Below, piece after piece: positions 49,401-64,000 of a stretch of 64,000 nt of DNA (position 1 is its first letter; the number at the start of each line of letters is the position of its first letter). The notes below the pieces were generated by a model. That model was not told the origin of the DNA. It was given only the letters and a program-made list of their open reading frames with translations, and did not search any database. This stretch comes from the human T2T-CHM13v2.0 reference genome, Homo sapiens. Made by a program: the position numbers and the translations under genes. The DNA lies in NCBI RefSeq assembly GCF_009914755.1, contig NC_060930.1. One strand, given 5' to 3'.

Positions 49401-50668
49401 TCTTTATTTTTATATTTATGCCTGTGAATAACGTACTTTCTTAGATTTACCCAAAAACTTGGGCCACTTTTTTTTTTCCATGAAGTTTAAAATTCTTCAA
49501 ACATTCATATTTTCAACAAGGTGGCTTTCTGGAATTAACCATTGCTTTTCAGTCAAGCACACTGTCCATGAATTTTACTTCATTAAAATGAGATTGTTGT
49601 TTGTGTCCCTACAACTTCAAGTTTCAAAACTGCCACAAAGTTTATATATCTGTCTTTATAAACAATATTTTGTGAAATAAAAAGATATAAACACACAGAG
49701 ATACATTCAAGAGATTATTTTCATTTTAATTTGTATGAACTAGCCAAGATCTAGGAATCTTATTAAAACTCAGCAGGTTCTCCTAAAATGAAAATTGAAT
49801 GAGATTAGCATTATTTCTTTGTGGTCAGCATCAGGTCCAATGTGAGGTATGCATTCATATAGCAGGTGCTTTAACTAATGAGTTATTTACTTAATGTAAC
49901 GAGTTTCCTGTGCTAGGTTGACTAAGTGAGATAAATGCAGGAAATGTCTTTTTCTTTCTCCCTATATCACCATTTATCAAATAAGAAAGGTTCTTTCTTC
50001 CCTGTTCCTGTATTTCAAGCAGGAATCATAGATTTTTCCATCATTAAGTATTTTTAAACAATGCTATTTAAAATTATTTAAAAATACAATCCAAAGTAAA
50101 TCAAATTTTATCTTTTCTTCAGTTTAATTTATCTTTTCTTCAGTTTAAAGTTTGTCTTCTCCACTGAAGCTCCCTGCCTGAACTGCATTGAGGAAGAAAA
50201 TTCTCATCACCTAGAAAGCCCTTTTCTGAGAGTTTCTCCCTGAACACTTAGTGAAAGCTGTCTTTGTCTTTTGCTATGTATCAGCATAAGTATGTGCTGG
50301 ACTACAATTCTCCAAAATGGTGTGGTTAGCATGTCTGGCATGGAGGGGCTTTAGGATGTGTGATTACCTAATACCATTCAGTTTCAGTTATTTTATCACA
50401 GGTAGAGTCCCTTTTAACATCTTTTTACATTTGTTAATGCAAAAATAATTATATGCTAACTAATATTCCAGATACTGTATCAAGACATGTTGAAGCTTAT
50501 ATAATTCAGACTTAAGTAGGACAAAGTAAATTATATTAATTGAATAATAATTTTGAAAGAAAGGAACGCGAAGAGTTAGGAGGGTAGGATGAATAAGATT
50601 CTGATGATTTTTATTTATTTGGAGGGGGATTTGGTTGTGTCATTCAGTGCCAGGTGGTGCCTTTTAAT

Positions 50669-50988
<320 letters not shown>

Positions 50989-52890
50989 CATTTCTTTTTA
51001 TTTTAAAACAATTACAAAAATACAGGAAAATAGGAAGTACAGTACCAAAATGTCATTTTCTGAAGCATTTGAAATTAAGGTAGTGCTCTGATGTCCCTCA
51101 CCCCTACATACTTTAATATAAAATCTCCACAAACAAGAAATTACTACCATCGAATCTTCAGCCCCATTTAAGTTTTACTAATTTTCTTAGTTATATCCTT
51201 TATGGCAAAAGCATTTAGCACAAGATCATACAATGCATTTAGAGTTCTTTCATCTGAAAAAGTCCTTCAGTCTTCCTGTGCCTTTACGGATCTTGATACT
51301 TTTGAACATTACAAGCCAATAATTTTGTACACTGTCCCTCAATTTTGTTTGTCCAATGTTTCCTTGTTATTACATTGAAATGATATGTCTTTGGCAGGCC
51401 TATCACGGAAGTGAAGTATGTTCCCCTCCTTGATTCCTCTCAAGAGCACACATTTCAAATAGTCTCATTAGTGACAATGCTCACTTTAACCACTTCATTA
51501 AAGAGGTGTTTGCCATACTTCACCAGTGTAAAGTTACTCACTTCTCTTCTCCAGAATTTGATAGTTTATATACTCCATCATTTTTTTTCCAATAAAATAA
51601 TTAGAACACAGAGAGGTTGAATTTTTTGCCAAATAGCATACAGGTAATTGCCAGAAAAGCCAGATGGAGAACCCTAGAGCGCCAGACTTAGGGTGTGTTT
51701 TTGCTTTCAGCATTTCACTAATCTTAATAATGTAAACCAGTGCACTTCTTGAAAAAAGGTTTTCAAAATAAATAGTAGCTATAATCTATTTTCTTTTGTC
51801 AATTTTCTATATTCCATCCCCAACACTAGAGGAAAATAAAATGACGAATCCCTACTATTTTTTCAGTTTCCTTACAGTATATCTCATCCTAAATTCTCAG
51901 GCCTAGGTGATTTCATGGAGTTCTCAAATATTGTTATTAAGAAACAGATCCAGGGGCAAAATCCTCAAAACTGATGAAACATGTCATGCCCTGAATTCTT
52001 GCCAAATTGTAAATGTTCTAATATTTTGTTCTATCATGTTCATGATTTCCTTTCATTTTTCTTCCTGCTTTGGGAAATCTTTGCCTGGAGCTTATATTCC
52101 ACTGCTTCATAAGGTATTTTAAGTATTTTCTATTTTTCTTAGCATTATATAAATTTCTGGTCAATAAATTACTCATTACTCTCTGTGGAATGCTTTTTTT
52201 CCTCTCCTATTTGTTGTCTTTCCCCTAGCAAAGTAATTTTTTCTTATTGTTTCTAACTGACTTTGCAATGAGTCTTCCATTCTCCAAGATTCTTTCTATT
52301 CATGTGGTAAAAATAAGCTGGCAGAAATCAGGAATATAATAGGTTAAAGGATTACCTTTTTTGACTCCTGAAACCTCCTAACTTCATGGTTTTCCAGGAG
52401 AATTTAACATTAAGTCAATAGCATTCAATCAATGTTCATTGATTTTATACCAAGCAATTCCCTATATAAGAAGCATGTAAGTATACATATAATTCCAGAT
52501 CCCTGCCCACCAAGAAAATACAGTCTAAAGGGAAGAAGACAGATAAGTAATGAGGATTTGCAATCTTTTACGATTAGGTCTATGAAGACAAAACTGCAAT
52601 GTAATGAAAGGTAGAGCAGTGCTCTTCAAATCATTGTTTATGGGTATGAAAAGACCTTTCCTAGGAGGTAATGTGTGCTCTGAGTCCTAAAGTAAGAAAT
52701 AATCATGAGAATGACAGGACTGTTACTCAGACAGAGAGAATGCAAGAATAGAAAAAAGAAAAGCAGCAAGGTCTATTTTGTAAAATTCAGAAGTTGTTCA
52801 GGAACTCAGAGACATGACTGATTAGGAAATATGCAGAACCAAGTGCAAAGCAAAAATGTGGGGTCTTTGTTAAAGTATTAAGACTTTTAA

Positions 52891-53187
52891 GACTGGACAC
52901 ATGCCTGTAATCCCAGCACTTTGGCAGAGGTGGGTGGATCGCTTGAGCACACGAGTCTGAGACCAGCCTGAGCAAATTGGTGAAACCCCATTTCCAAAAA
53001 AAAAAAAAAAAAAAAGTAGCCGGGGGTGATAGTGTTCACCTATGGTCCCAGCTACTTAGGAGGCTGAGATTGGTAAGATCGCCTGTCACTGGAGCCTGGG
53101 AGGTCGAGGCTGCCGTGAGCCAAGATCACTTCATTGCACTCCAGCTTGGGTGACAGTCTAAGACACTCTGTTAAAAAAAATAATAAT
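52891..53187 (+). mobile_element. AluJ
   Basis: 'gagcctgggaggtcgaggctgccgtgagcc' and an expanded central A run. Confidence 0.9.
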
Positions 53188-53485
<298 letters not shown>

Positions 53486-53866
53486 TCAAGACAGTGACAG
53501 AAGTCTTAAATTAAATGGGAGGCCCTTGTGAGCATGAGCCCTGTGCAATACAGATCACATCCCACGAAGTCGGCCCTGCCCAATGTCCTGGAGTAGAAAG
53601 CATGAGTTGGAAGGGATGACTGTAGAAAACGCAGGGCAGTGTGGTGATTAATGACTTAAAGCAAAACCAGATCAAGATGAGCCTTGTAAAACAAGACAAA
53701 AAGTTTGGCATAACCAAGGCTATCTTGTTTGAGAGTATAAGGACATGTGTATCATTTTGTTTATGAAAGATATATGTTTATACTATCAATGACAAATTTT
53801 TTTCTTCATAGAAATAAAAGAATGATTTAGAAAGACAAAAAATTAGATAATAATAGTATATACGGC

Positions 53867-53872
53867 TGTGTG

Positions 53873-53909
<37 letters not shown>

Positions 53910-53922
53910 GTATATGTATATA
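53867..53922. repeat. (CA)n/(TA)n microsatellite
   Basis: Directly visible. Confidence 0.95.
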
Positions 53923-54405
53923 CAGCATGTTTCCTATACATAATGACGTAGACACTTCTTGAATTCCCCAAATATCTTTCCTATGGTTCTCACATCCTTG
54001 TCTTTCAAATCTAAGATTTACTAACAGAATAGTATACTTCCAATGGTTTATTAAACCAAAGGTTTTAAGGAGTGCACATACATTAACGAGTAATCTCATA
54101 TCTATTACTTTCAAATTTCACTCAGTTTAGACTTAATCATACATCAAGGATATTGTAAGAATGCTGCACAGTTGTTTTCATAGAAGATTAAACTTGCCAT
54201 AGCATCACAATCTACCTTTCCATTGTTCTGAATAAAGATATTTGTTAGTAACTGAACTTTTCTCATTATAATTTTCCATTTTTCATTGCTCTTTTAATAT
54301 TAGGATGACATAAAAAGAAATCCTCAATTGTGGCAAAGTTTAACTTTCTACCAAGTAGTTTTGTCAAAAAAAAAAAAAAAAGTAGTTAGGGTTATTGTTA
54401 CTCAC

Positions 54406-55346
54406 TGTTTTAGTCTGTTTTGGCTTCTATAATCAAAATACCATAAACTGGGTAGTTTATAAACAACAGAAATTTATTTCTTACAGTATGGAGTCTGGGA
54501 AGTCCAAGGGCAAGGTGCTGGCAGATTTGGTGTCTAGTGAGAGCCCGTTATTCTTATATGGCACCTTCTTGTTGAGTCCTCATGTGATGAAAAGGGTGAA
54601 CAAGCTCTCTCAGGCCTCCTTTATTTTTTTATTTTTTTCTATTTGTAAACTATTTGGAGAGATTTATTCTGAGCCAAATATGAGTGACTATGGCCCATGA
54701 CACAGCCCCAGGAGATCCTGAGAATATGTGCCCAAGGTAGTCAGACTACAGCTTGGTTTATACATTTTAGGGAGACATAAGACATCAATCAATACATGTA
54801 AAATGTTCAGTCTGGAAAGGAAGAACAGCTCAAAGTGGGTGGCGGGGGTCAGGGGGTGAGAAGAGGGGTTCCACGTTATAGGTAGATTCGAAGATTTTCT
54901 GATTGACAATTGGTTAAAAGAGTATCTAGAAGGGAGTGTCTGGGTTAAGATAAGTGGTTGTAGAGCCCAAGGTTCTTTTGCAGGTGAAGCCTCCAGCTAG
55001 CAGGCTTCAGAGAGAATAGACTGTCAATGTTTCTTGGCAGACCCAAAAAGTTGCCAGACTCTTAGTTAATTCTCTCCTGAATCAGGAAATAGATGTGAAA
55101 AGGGAAGAGGATTCTCTACAGAATGTAGATTTTCCCTACAAGTGACAGCTTTGCAAGGACATTCCAAAATATGTCAAAAATTATACTTTGGGCCTGCTAT
55201 CTGTTATGTTGGTATTTTATTGCTACAAAAACTCTGCCTTCATGATCTAAGTACCTCCCAAAAGCCTCACCTCTTAATACCGTAAACTTGGGGCTTAGAA
55301 TATCAACATATGAACTTGGGAGAACACAAACATTCAGACCATAACA
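54406..55346 (-). mobile_element. MLT1A-like MaLR LTR interrupted by a MER4-group LTR
   Basis: tgttttagtctgttt ... cattcagaccataaca. 5-bp TSD ctcac/cccac. Confidence 0.82.
54644..55230 (-). mobile_element. MER4-group ERV1 LTR (partial)
   Basis: 'tttattctgagccaaatatgagtgac...cattttagggagacataagacatcaatcaatac' is homologous (reverse complement) to 16150-16260. Confidence 0.8.
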
Positions 55347-56247
55347 CCCACCATGACCCGCACTCTATTCCTATCACTAGTTCCTGCTCATTCAGCCTCA
55401 CTCATGTCCAGGTCCTCCAACTGCCCCAGTGGTTCTCAACTAAATCAGTATCTCTGGAGGGTTGATGCTCAGACATGGGTATGTTTCCAGTGCTTGAATT
55501 CACCTGCTTTTATCGTCAAATGCAGGAAGAAGACAAATAATCGCAATTCTAGTACTAGTAGCTGTACCCCATTTGTTTTGGGAAATTACCTTCTACACTA
55601 TAAAAGGATCCCAAGTATTTTTATTGAGGACTTACTTTCTTCCCAGAACTTGTTCCTGGCTCTGGAGAAACAACAGTGAGGAAGGAAGGAAGGTTCCTGC
55701 CCTCTTTGAACTTAATTTCTGGTGGGAAAACAGACAATAAATACATGAATATAAGCATGCACTAATAGTCAGAAAGCATACACTAGAAAAAACAAACAAC
55801 AAATAAGCGCAATAATTGTGATAAATGCTGAGGTTGGAAATACACCATTTTAAAATGTAATAAAGAAGCTAAGGCCTGAAAGCTGAGAAAGAGGCCAGCT
55901 GTACAAAGAAATAGCATGAGTTCTAGTTAGGAGAAATAAAGGACAAGCACAATACAATCACGAAATGGGAAAAAAATTGTTGTTCCAAGAAAAGAAAGAA
56001 CACCAACGTGAAAGCACTACAATGAGAAAGGAGACTGGAATGAAAAGGCTATTTGCAGACAGGGGTCAAATCAGTTTATCTGTCTGAACTCCCCTCCCTG
56101 CTTGTGTTGTCATGTCTGCAAAAACCCTCACTATAATGTTGGCTTTTCTCATCAGCCTCCATTTCTGTTCATTTTCATCTGCTCAGCTTGACTCTCAGGG
56201 TCAGACCTTACTCAGACACCGAACCTTGACTACGTCCTTTTAAGAAG

Positions 56248-56460
56248 AATGCAAAGGAATAAGTATGATACAATGGACTTGGGGACTTGGAGGAAAGGGT
56301 GGCAGGGGCAATGAGGGATAAAAGACTACAAATTGGGTACAGTGCATCCTGCTTGGGTGGTGGTTGGACCAAAATCTCAGAAATCACCGCTAAACAACTT
56401 ATCCGTGTAACAAAACACCACCTGTTCCCCAAAAAAGTATTGAAATAATAACTTTTAAAA
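56248..56460 (+). mobile_element. L1PB1-like 3' end
   Basis: 'aaatctcagaaatcacc...caccacctgttcccc' is the reverse complement of the motif at 7870-7935. Confidence 0.85.
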
Positions 56461-57725
56461 AGTCTGATACTCTAGAACTTGATCTTGTCTTTGCTCCTGA
56501 GACTGTTTTTGTCAGGCATTCTTTATTTTTATTTTTTTAATTCTGCTTTAAGTTCTGGGATACATGTGCTGAATGTGCAGGTTTGTTACATAGGTATACA
56601 TGTGCCATAGTGGTGGTTTGCTGCACCTATCAACTCATCATCTAGATTTTAAGCCCAACATGCATTAGGTATTTGTCCTAATGCTCTCCCTCCCCTAGCC
56701 ACTTATCTCCCCCTAGCCGCTCATCCCCCAACAGGCTCTAGTGTGTGATGTTCCCCTCCCTGTGTCCATGTGTTCTTATTGTTCAACTCCCACTTATGAG
56801 TAAGAATATGTGATATTGGTTTTCTGTTCCTGTGTTAGTTTGCTGAGGATTATAGTTTCCAGCTTTATCTATGTCCTTTCAAAGGACATGAACTCATTTT
56901 TTTTATGGTAGCATAATATTCCATGGTGTGTATGTGCCACATTGTCTTTATGCAGTCTATCATCGATGGGCATTTGGCTTGGTTCCAAGTCTTTGCTATT
57001 ATAAATAGTGCTGCAAAAAACATACATGTGCATGTGTCTTTATAGTAGAATTATTTATAATGCTTTGGGAATATAACCAGAAATCGTATTGCTGGGTCAA
57101 ATGCTATTTCTGGCTCTAGATCCATAAGGAATAACCACACTGTCTTCCACAGTGGTTGAACTAATTTACACGCCCACCAACAGTGTAAAAGCATTCTATT
57201 TCTCTGCTTCCTCACAGCATCTGTTGTTTCCAGACTTTTTAATGATCACCATTCTAACTGGTATGAGTTGGTATCTCATTGAGGTTTTGATTTGAATTTC
57301 TCTAATGACCAGTGATAATGAGTTTTTTTCATTGTTTGTTGGCCACATACATGCCTTCTTTTGAGAAGTGTCTGTTCATATCCTTTGCCCACTTTTCGAT
57401 GGGGTTTTTTTTTTCTTGTAAATATGTTTAAGTTCCTTGTAGATTCTGGATATTAGACTTGTCAGATGGATAGATGGCAAAAAATTTTCTCCCATTCTGT
57501 AGGTTGCCTGTTCACTCTGATGATAGTTTTTTTTTTTTGCTGTATGGAAGCTTGTTAGTTTAATTAGATCCCATATATCAATTTTGGCATTTGTTGTAAC
57601 TGCTTTTGGTGTTTCAATCATGAAGTCTTTGCCTATGCCTATGTCCTGACTGGCATTGCCTAGGTTTTCTTCTAGGAATTTTATGGTTTTTTTGGTTTTA
57701 CGTTTAAGTCTTTAATTCATCTTTA

Positions 57726-57842
<117 letters not shown>

Positions 57843-59326
57843 TCAGGTTTGTCAAAGATCAGATGATTGCCGATGTGTGGTGTTATTTCTGAGACCTCCG
57901 TTCCATTCCGTTGGTTTATATATCTGTTTTGGTACCAGTACCATGCTGTTTTGGTTATTGTAGCCTTGTAATATAGTTTGAAGTTAGGTAGTGTGATGCC
58001 TCCAGCTTTTTCTTTTGCTTAGGATTGTCTTGGCCATATGGGCTCTTTTTTGGTTCCATATGAAATTTAAAGGAGTTTTTCCTAGTTCTGTGAAGAAAGT
58101 CAATGGTAGCTTGATAAGAATAGCTTTGAATCTATAAATTACTCTGGGCAGTATGGCCATTTTCATGATATTGATTCTTTCTATCCATGAGCATGGACAT
58201 TTTTCCGTTCTTTTTTGTATTTTCTTAGTTTCTTGGGCAGTGGTTTGTAGTTCTCCTTGAAGAGGTCCTTCACGTCCCTTGTAAGTTGTATTCCTAGGTA
58301 TTTTATTTTCTTTGTAGCAATTGTGAATGGGAGTTCACTCATGATTTGGCTCTGTGCTTGTCTATTATTGGTGTATAAGAATGCTTGTGATTTTTGCACA
58401 TTGATTTTGTATGCTGAGACTTTGCTGAAGTTGTTTATCAGCTTAAGGAGTTTTGGGGCTGAGATGATGGGGTTTTCTAAATACACAATCATGTTGTCTG
58501 CAAACAGAGACAATTTGACTTCTTCTCTTCCTATTTGAATACCTTTATTTCTTTCTCTTGCCTGATTGCTCTGGTCAGGACTTCCAATACTATGTTCAAT
58601 AGGAGTGATGAGAGAGGGCACCCTTGTCTTGTGCAGGTTTTCAAAGGGACCACTTCTAGCTTTTGCCCTTTCAGTATGATATTGGCTATGGGTTTGTCAT
58701 AAATAGCTCTTATTATTTTGAAATATGTTCCGTCAATACCTAGTTTATTGAAAGTATTTAGCATGAAGTGGTGTTAAATTTTATTGAAGGCATCTTCTGC
58801 ATCTATTGAGATCATCATGTGGTTTTTGCCATTGGTTCTGTTTGTGTAGTGGATTACATCTGTTGATTTGCATATGTTGAACCAGCCTTGCATTCCAGGG
58901 ATGAAGCCAACTTGATCATGGTGGATAAGCTTTTTGATGTGCTGCTGGATTTGATTTGCCAGTATTTTATTGAGAATTTTCACATGGATGTTCATCAGGG
59001 ATATTGGCCTGAAATTTTTGTTGTTGTTGTTGTGTCTCTGCCAGGTTTTGAATCAAGATGATGCTGGCCTCATAAAAGGCGGTAGGGAGGAGTCCCTCTT
59101 TTTCTACTGTTTGAAATAGTTTCCTAAAGAATAGTACCAGCTCCTTTTTGTACCTCTGGCAGAATTTGGCTGTGAATCCATCTTGTCCTGGGCTTTTCTT
59201 GGTTGGTAGGCTATTAATTACTGCCTTAATTTCAGAATTTTTAATTGGTCTATTCAGGGATTCGACTTCTTACTGGTTTAGTCTTGGGAGGGTGTATGTG
59301 TCCAGGAATGTATACATGTCTTCTAG

Positions 59327-59645
<319 letters not shown>

Positions 59646-60064
59646 CCCTTTATCATTTTTTATTGTGTCTATTTGATTCTTCTCTCTTTTCTTCTTTATT
59701 AGTCAGGCTAGTGGTCTATCTGTTTTGTGATTCTTTTCAAAAAACCAGCTCCTGGATTAATTGATTTTTTAAAGGGTTTTTCATGTCTATCTCCTTCAGT
59801 TCTGCTCTGATCTTAGTCATTTCTTATCTTCTGCTAGCTTTTGAATTTGTTTGCTCTTTCTTGCTTCTCTAGTTCTTTTAATTGAGATGTTCATGTATCA
59901 ATTTTAGTTCTTTCCCACTTTCTGATATGGCCATTTAGTGCTATAAATTTCCTCTAAACACTGCTTTAGCTGTGTCCCAGAGATTCTGGTATGTTATCTC
60001 TTTATTCTCACTGGTTTCAAAGAACTTTCTTATTTCCACCTTTATTTCGTTATTTACCCAGTAG

Positions 60065-60841
60065 TCATTTAGGAACAGGTTGTTCAGTTTCCATGTAGCT
60101 GCGTGGTTTTGAGTGAGTTTCTACTTTGATTGCACTGTGGTCTGAGAGACTGTTTGTTATCATTTCTGCTCTTTTGCATTTACTGAGGAGTGTTTTACTT
60201 CCAATTATGTGGTTGATTTTAGAGTAAGTGTTATGTGGTGCTGAGAAGAATGTATATTCTGTTAATTTGGGGTGGAGAGTTTTGTAAATGTCTATTAGGC
60301 CCACTTGGCCCAGAGCTGAGTTCAAGTACTGAATATCCTTGTTGACTTTCTGTCTTGTTGATCTGTCTAATATTGACAGTGGGGTGTTAAAGTCTCCCAC
60401 TATTATTGTGTGGGAGTCTAAGTCTCTTTGTAGGTCTCTAAGAACTTGCTTCATGAATCTGGGTGCTCCTGTATTGGATGCATGTACATTTAGGATAGTT
60501 AGCTCTTCTTGTTGCATTGATCCCTTTACCATTATGTAGTATGCATCTTTGTCTTTTTTGGTCTTTGTTGGTTTAAAGTCTGTTTTATTAGAGACTAGGT
60601 TTGCAACTCCTACTTTTTGTTTGTTTGTTTGTTTGCTTTCCATTTGCTTGTAAATACTCCTCCATTCCTTTATTTTGAGCCTATGTGTGTCTTTACATGT
60701 GAGATGGGTCTCCTGCATACAGCACACCAATGGGTCTTGTCTCTTTATCCAATTTGCCAGTCTGTGTCTTTTAATTGGGGCATTTAGCCCATTTATATTT
60801 AAGGTTAATATTGTTATGTGTGAATTTGATTCTGTCATCAT
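60065..60841 (-). pseudogene. L1 ORF2 endonuclease-domain remnant (258-aa open frame)
   Basis: TLNINGLN, QETHL, GDFNTPL and SDHSAIK motifs present; catalytic-site changes Y115H and D205N. Confidence 0.9.
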
Positions 60842-62006
60842 GATGCTAGGTGGTTATTTTGCACATTAGTTGATGCAGTTTCTTCATAGTGTTATTGGCC
60901 TTTATATTTTGGTGTGTTTTTGCAGTGGCTGGTACCGGTTTTTCTTTTCCATATTTAGTAATTCCTTCAGGAGCTCATGTAAGGCAGGCCTCTGGTTGAC
61001 AAACTCCCTCAGCATTTGCCTGTCCGTAAAGATTTTATTTCTCCTTCATTTTTGAAACTTCGTTTGGCTGGATATGAAATTCTGGGTTGAAAATTCTTTT
61101 CTTTAAGAATGTTGAATATTGGCCTCCACCCTCTTCTGGGTTGTAGGGTTTCTGCAGAGAGATCCTCTGTTAGTGTGATGTGCTTCCCTTTGTAGGAAAC
61201 CTAACCTTTCTCTCTGGCTGCCCTTAATATTTTTTTCTTTGTTTCAATCTTGGAGAATTTGATGATTATGTGTCTTGGGGTTGCTCTTCTTGAGGAGTAT
61301 CTTAGTGGTGTTCCCTGTTCCTGAATTTGAATGTTGACCTGTCTTGCTAGGTTGGGGATGTTCTCCTGTATAATATCCTAAAGTGTGTTTTCCAACTTGA
61401 TTCCATTCTCCTCGTCACTTTCAGGGACCCCAATCAATCAAAAGTTTGATGGTTTCACATAGTTCCATATTTCTTGGAAGCTTTTTTCATTCTTTTTTTT
61501 CTCTTTTCTCTAATGTTGTCTTCACACCTTATTTCAGTAAGTTGATCTTCCATCTCTGATACTCTGATATCCTTTCTTCTACTTGAGTGATTTGGTTATT
61601 GATACTTGTGTATACTTCACAAAGTTTTGGTGTGTTTTTCAGCTCCATCAGGTCATTTATCTTCTCTAAACTGGTCATTCTAGTTAGCAATTCCTGTAAC
61701 CTTTTGTCAAGGTTCTTAGTTTCCTTGCATCAGTTTGGAACATGCTCCTTTAGCTCAGAGGAGTTTCTTATTACCTACCTTCTGAAGCCTACTTCTGTCA
61801 TTTTGTCAAAACCCACTCTCTGTCCAGTTTTGTGCCCTTGCTGGAGAGGAGTTGCAATCATTTGGTGAAGAGGCATTCTGGTTTTTGGAATTTTCAACAT
61901 TTTTGCACTGGTTTTTCCTCGTCTTCATGGATTTATCTACCTTTGAGCTTTGAGGCTGATGACCTTTGGATAGGGTTTCTGTGTGGGTTTTTTGTTGTTG
62001 TTTTTG

Positions 62007-62044
62007 TTGATGTTGATGTTGATGTTGATGTTGATGTTGATGTT
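62007..62044. repeat. (GTTGAT)n hexamer repeat in the L1 5' UTR
   Basis: About six copies, directly visible. Confidence 0.92.
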
Positions 62045-62868
62045 ATTGCTTTCTGATTGTTAGTTTTTCCTCTAACAGTCAGGCCCTTCTTCTGCAGGTA
62101 TGCTGCAGTTTGCTGGAGGTCCAGTCCAGACCATATTTTCCTGGATATCACCAGTGGAGGCAGCAGAACAGCAAAGATTGCTGCCTGCTTCATCCTCTGG
62201 AAGCTTCATCCCAGAGGGGCACCAGCCTGATGCCTCCCAGAGCCCTCCTGTATGAAGCGTCTGTCAACCCCTGTTGGGTGGTCTCTCCTGGTCAGGAGGC
62301 ACAGGGGTCAGGAACCCACTTGAGGAGGCAGTCTGTCCCTTAGCAGAGCTCAAGTGCTGTGCTGGGAGAACCCTCCTTGTCAGGATCCACTGCTCTCTTC
62401 AGAGCTGGCAGGCAGGAATATTTAAGTCTGCTGAAGCTGTGCCCACAGCTGCCCCTTCCTCCAGGGGCTCTGTCCCAGGGAGATGGTAGTTTTATCTATG
62501 AGCTCCTGACTGGGACTGCTGCCTTTCTTTCAGAGATGGCCTTCCCAGTGAAGAGGAATCTAGAGAAGCAGTCTGGCCACAGCTGCTTTGCCATGCTGTG
62601 TTGAGTTCTACGCAGTCCTTAGCACTGTCAGGGGAATATTGCCTACTCAAGCCTCAGTAATGGTGGACACCCCTTCCCCCACCAAGCTTGATCATTCCAG
62701 GTTGACTTCAGACTGCTGTTCTGGCAGCAAGAATTTCAAGCCAGTGGTTCTTAGCTTGCTGGGCTCTGTGGGAGTGGGACCCTCTAAGAGAGACCCTCTG
62801 GCTTCAGCCCCCTTTCCAGGAGAGTGTATGATTCTGTCTGCCTGGGGTTCCAGGCACCACTGGAGCAC

Positions 62869-62871
<3 letters not shown>

Positions 62872-62923
<52 letters not shown>
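62872..62923. repeat. (AC)n microsatellite in the L1 5' UTR
   Basis: Directly visible. Confidence 0.97.
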
Positions 62924-62926
<3 letters not shown>

Positions 62927-64000
62927 CAAAACTCCTGCAGCTAGCTCGGTGTCTGCCAGATCAGCTGCCCAATTTTGTGCTTGAAACCCAGGGCACTGGT
63001 GGTATAGGCACACAAGGGAATCTCCTGGTCTTCAGATTGCAAAAACTGTGGGAAAAGCATGGTATCTGGGAAAGATAGCACAGTCCCTCACAGCTTCCCT
63101 TGGCTGGAAAGGGAGGCCCCCAACTCCTTGCACTTCCTGGGTGAGGCAATGCCCCACCCTGCTTCTATTTGCCCTTTGTGGGCTATACCCACTGCCTAAC
63201 CAGTCTCAATGAGATGAACAGGGTACTTCAGTTGGAAATGCAGAAATCACCCATCTTTCACGTTGGTCCCGCTGGGAGCGGCAGACTGGAGCTGTTCCTA
63301 CTTGGCCCTCTTGCCAGATCTCTCAGCCATCTTGCCAGATCCAGGCATTCTTGCTTTCTTCCATACCCTCCTCAAATCTACCATCAACATTTCCTGTGGA
63401 ATCTAGACCATGACCATGATCTTCAGCCTAGGACTCTTCCACCAACGTGGGTGCTGGTCAGGCACACCAGGGCCACTTTTTCCTCAACTCACTACCTAAC
63501 GTGCTGCCTGCCTTTAATAATAACAGTAGCCACTGAGCACCAAAACCCAAAACATGCAGCTCCTGGCAACTGCTGATGAGCAGCCAAAAAAGGGAGCAAC
63601 TGTGTCCAACATGAATCATGAAACCTCAATGGAGAGATGGTCTTATTTTGGAATTTTAGCCAACAATTATTTCTCTTTTAAATTCTCCAAGTCAATTTTT
63701 AGATACTGATATCCATTCAAATATTAGTTCATGGTATGAAGTTGAAATAGCTTTCATGTTTATTTCATATTTGTTAGAAAGAAGGGAATTCCTAAATACT
63801 GTTGACTGTTAAAAGTTAATAAACTTAATATAGTAAAGCATCTTTTATTCTTTTTATTTCTTTTATTCTTTCATATTTCACTTATTTCACTGAGAATAAT
63901 TCCATGAATTCCCTTTATATATTTATACAATTCAGGCTTATCAGTTAGATTTCTTTATCCCAATAAAACAGCTTCCAAAGTACACTGACTTCAGTGAGGC

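Overview
AT-rich primate (human-like) intergenic or intronic DNA with no intact protein-coding gene, CpG island, tRNA, rRNA or CRISPR array that I can support. The only gene-derived feature is a full-length, minus-strand processed pseudogene of RBMX (hnRNP G) at about 2908-6737. It has a poly(A) remnant, target-site duplications (TSDs), frameshifts, and a long 3' UTR (~2.45 kb) carrying a structured 237-bp element twice. The rest is transposon-derived: two near-full-length L1s with exact TSDs (24749-31745 + and 56524-63341 -), three 5'-inverted (twin-primed) L1 insertions, old L1M pieces, ten Alus, ERV1/MaLR solo LTRs, MER45A/MER5A DNA transposons, L2/MIR fragments, a probable RTE-clade LINE fossil, and microsatellites. 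Subfamily names come from recalled consensus sequences, not a database search. I see no convincing new biological system. The best lead is the duplicated hairpin-rich element in the captured RBMX 3' UTR, followed by several well-preserved retrotransposition scars.
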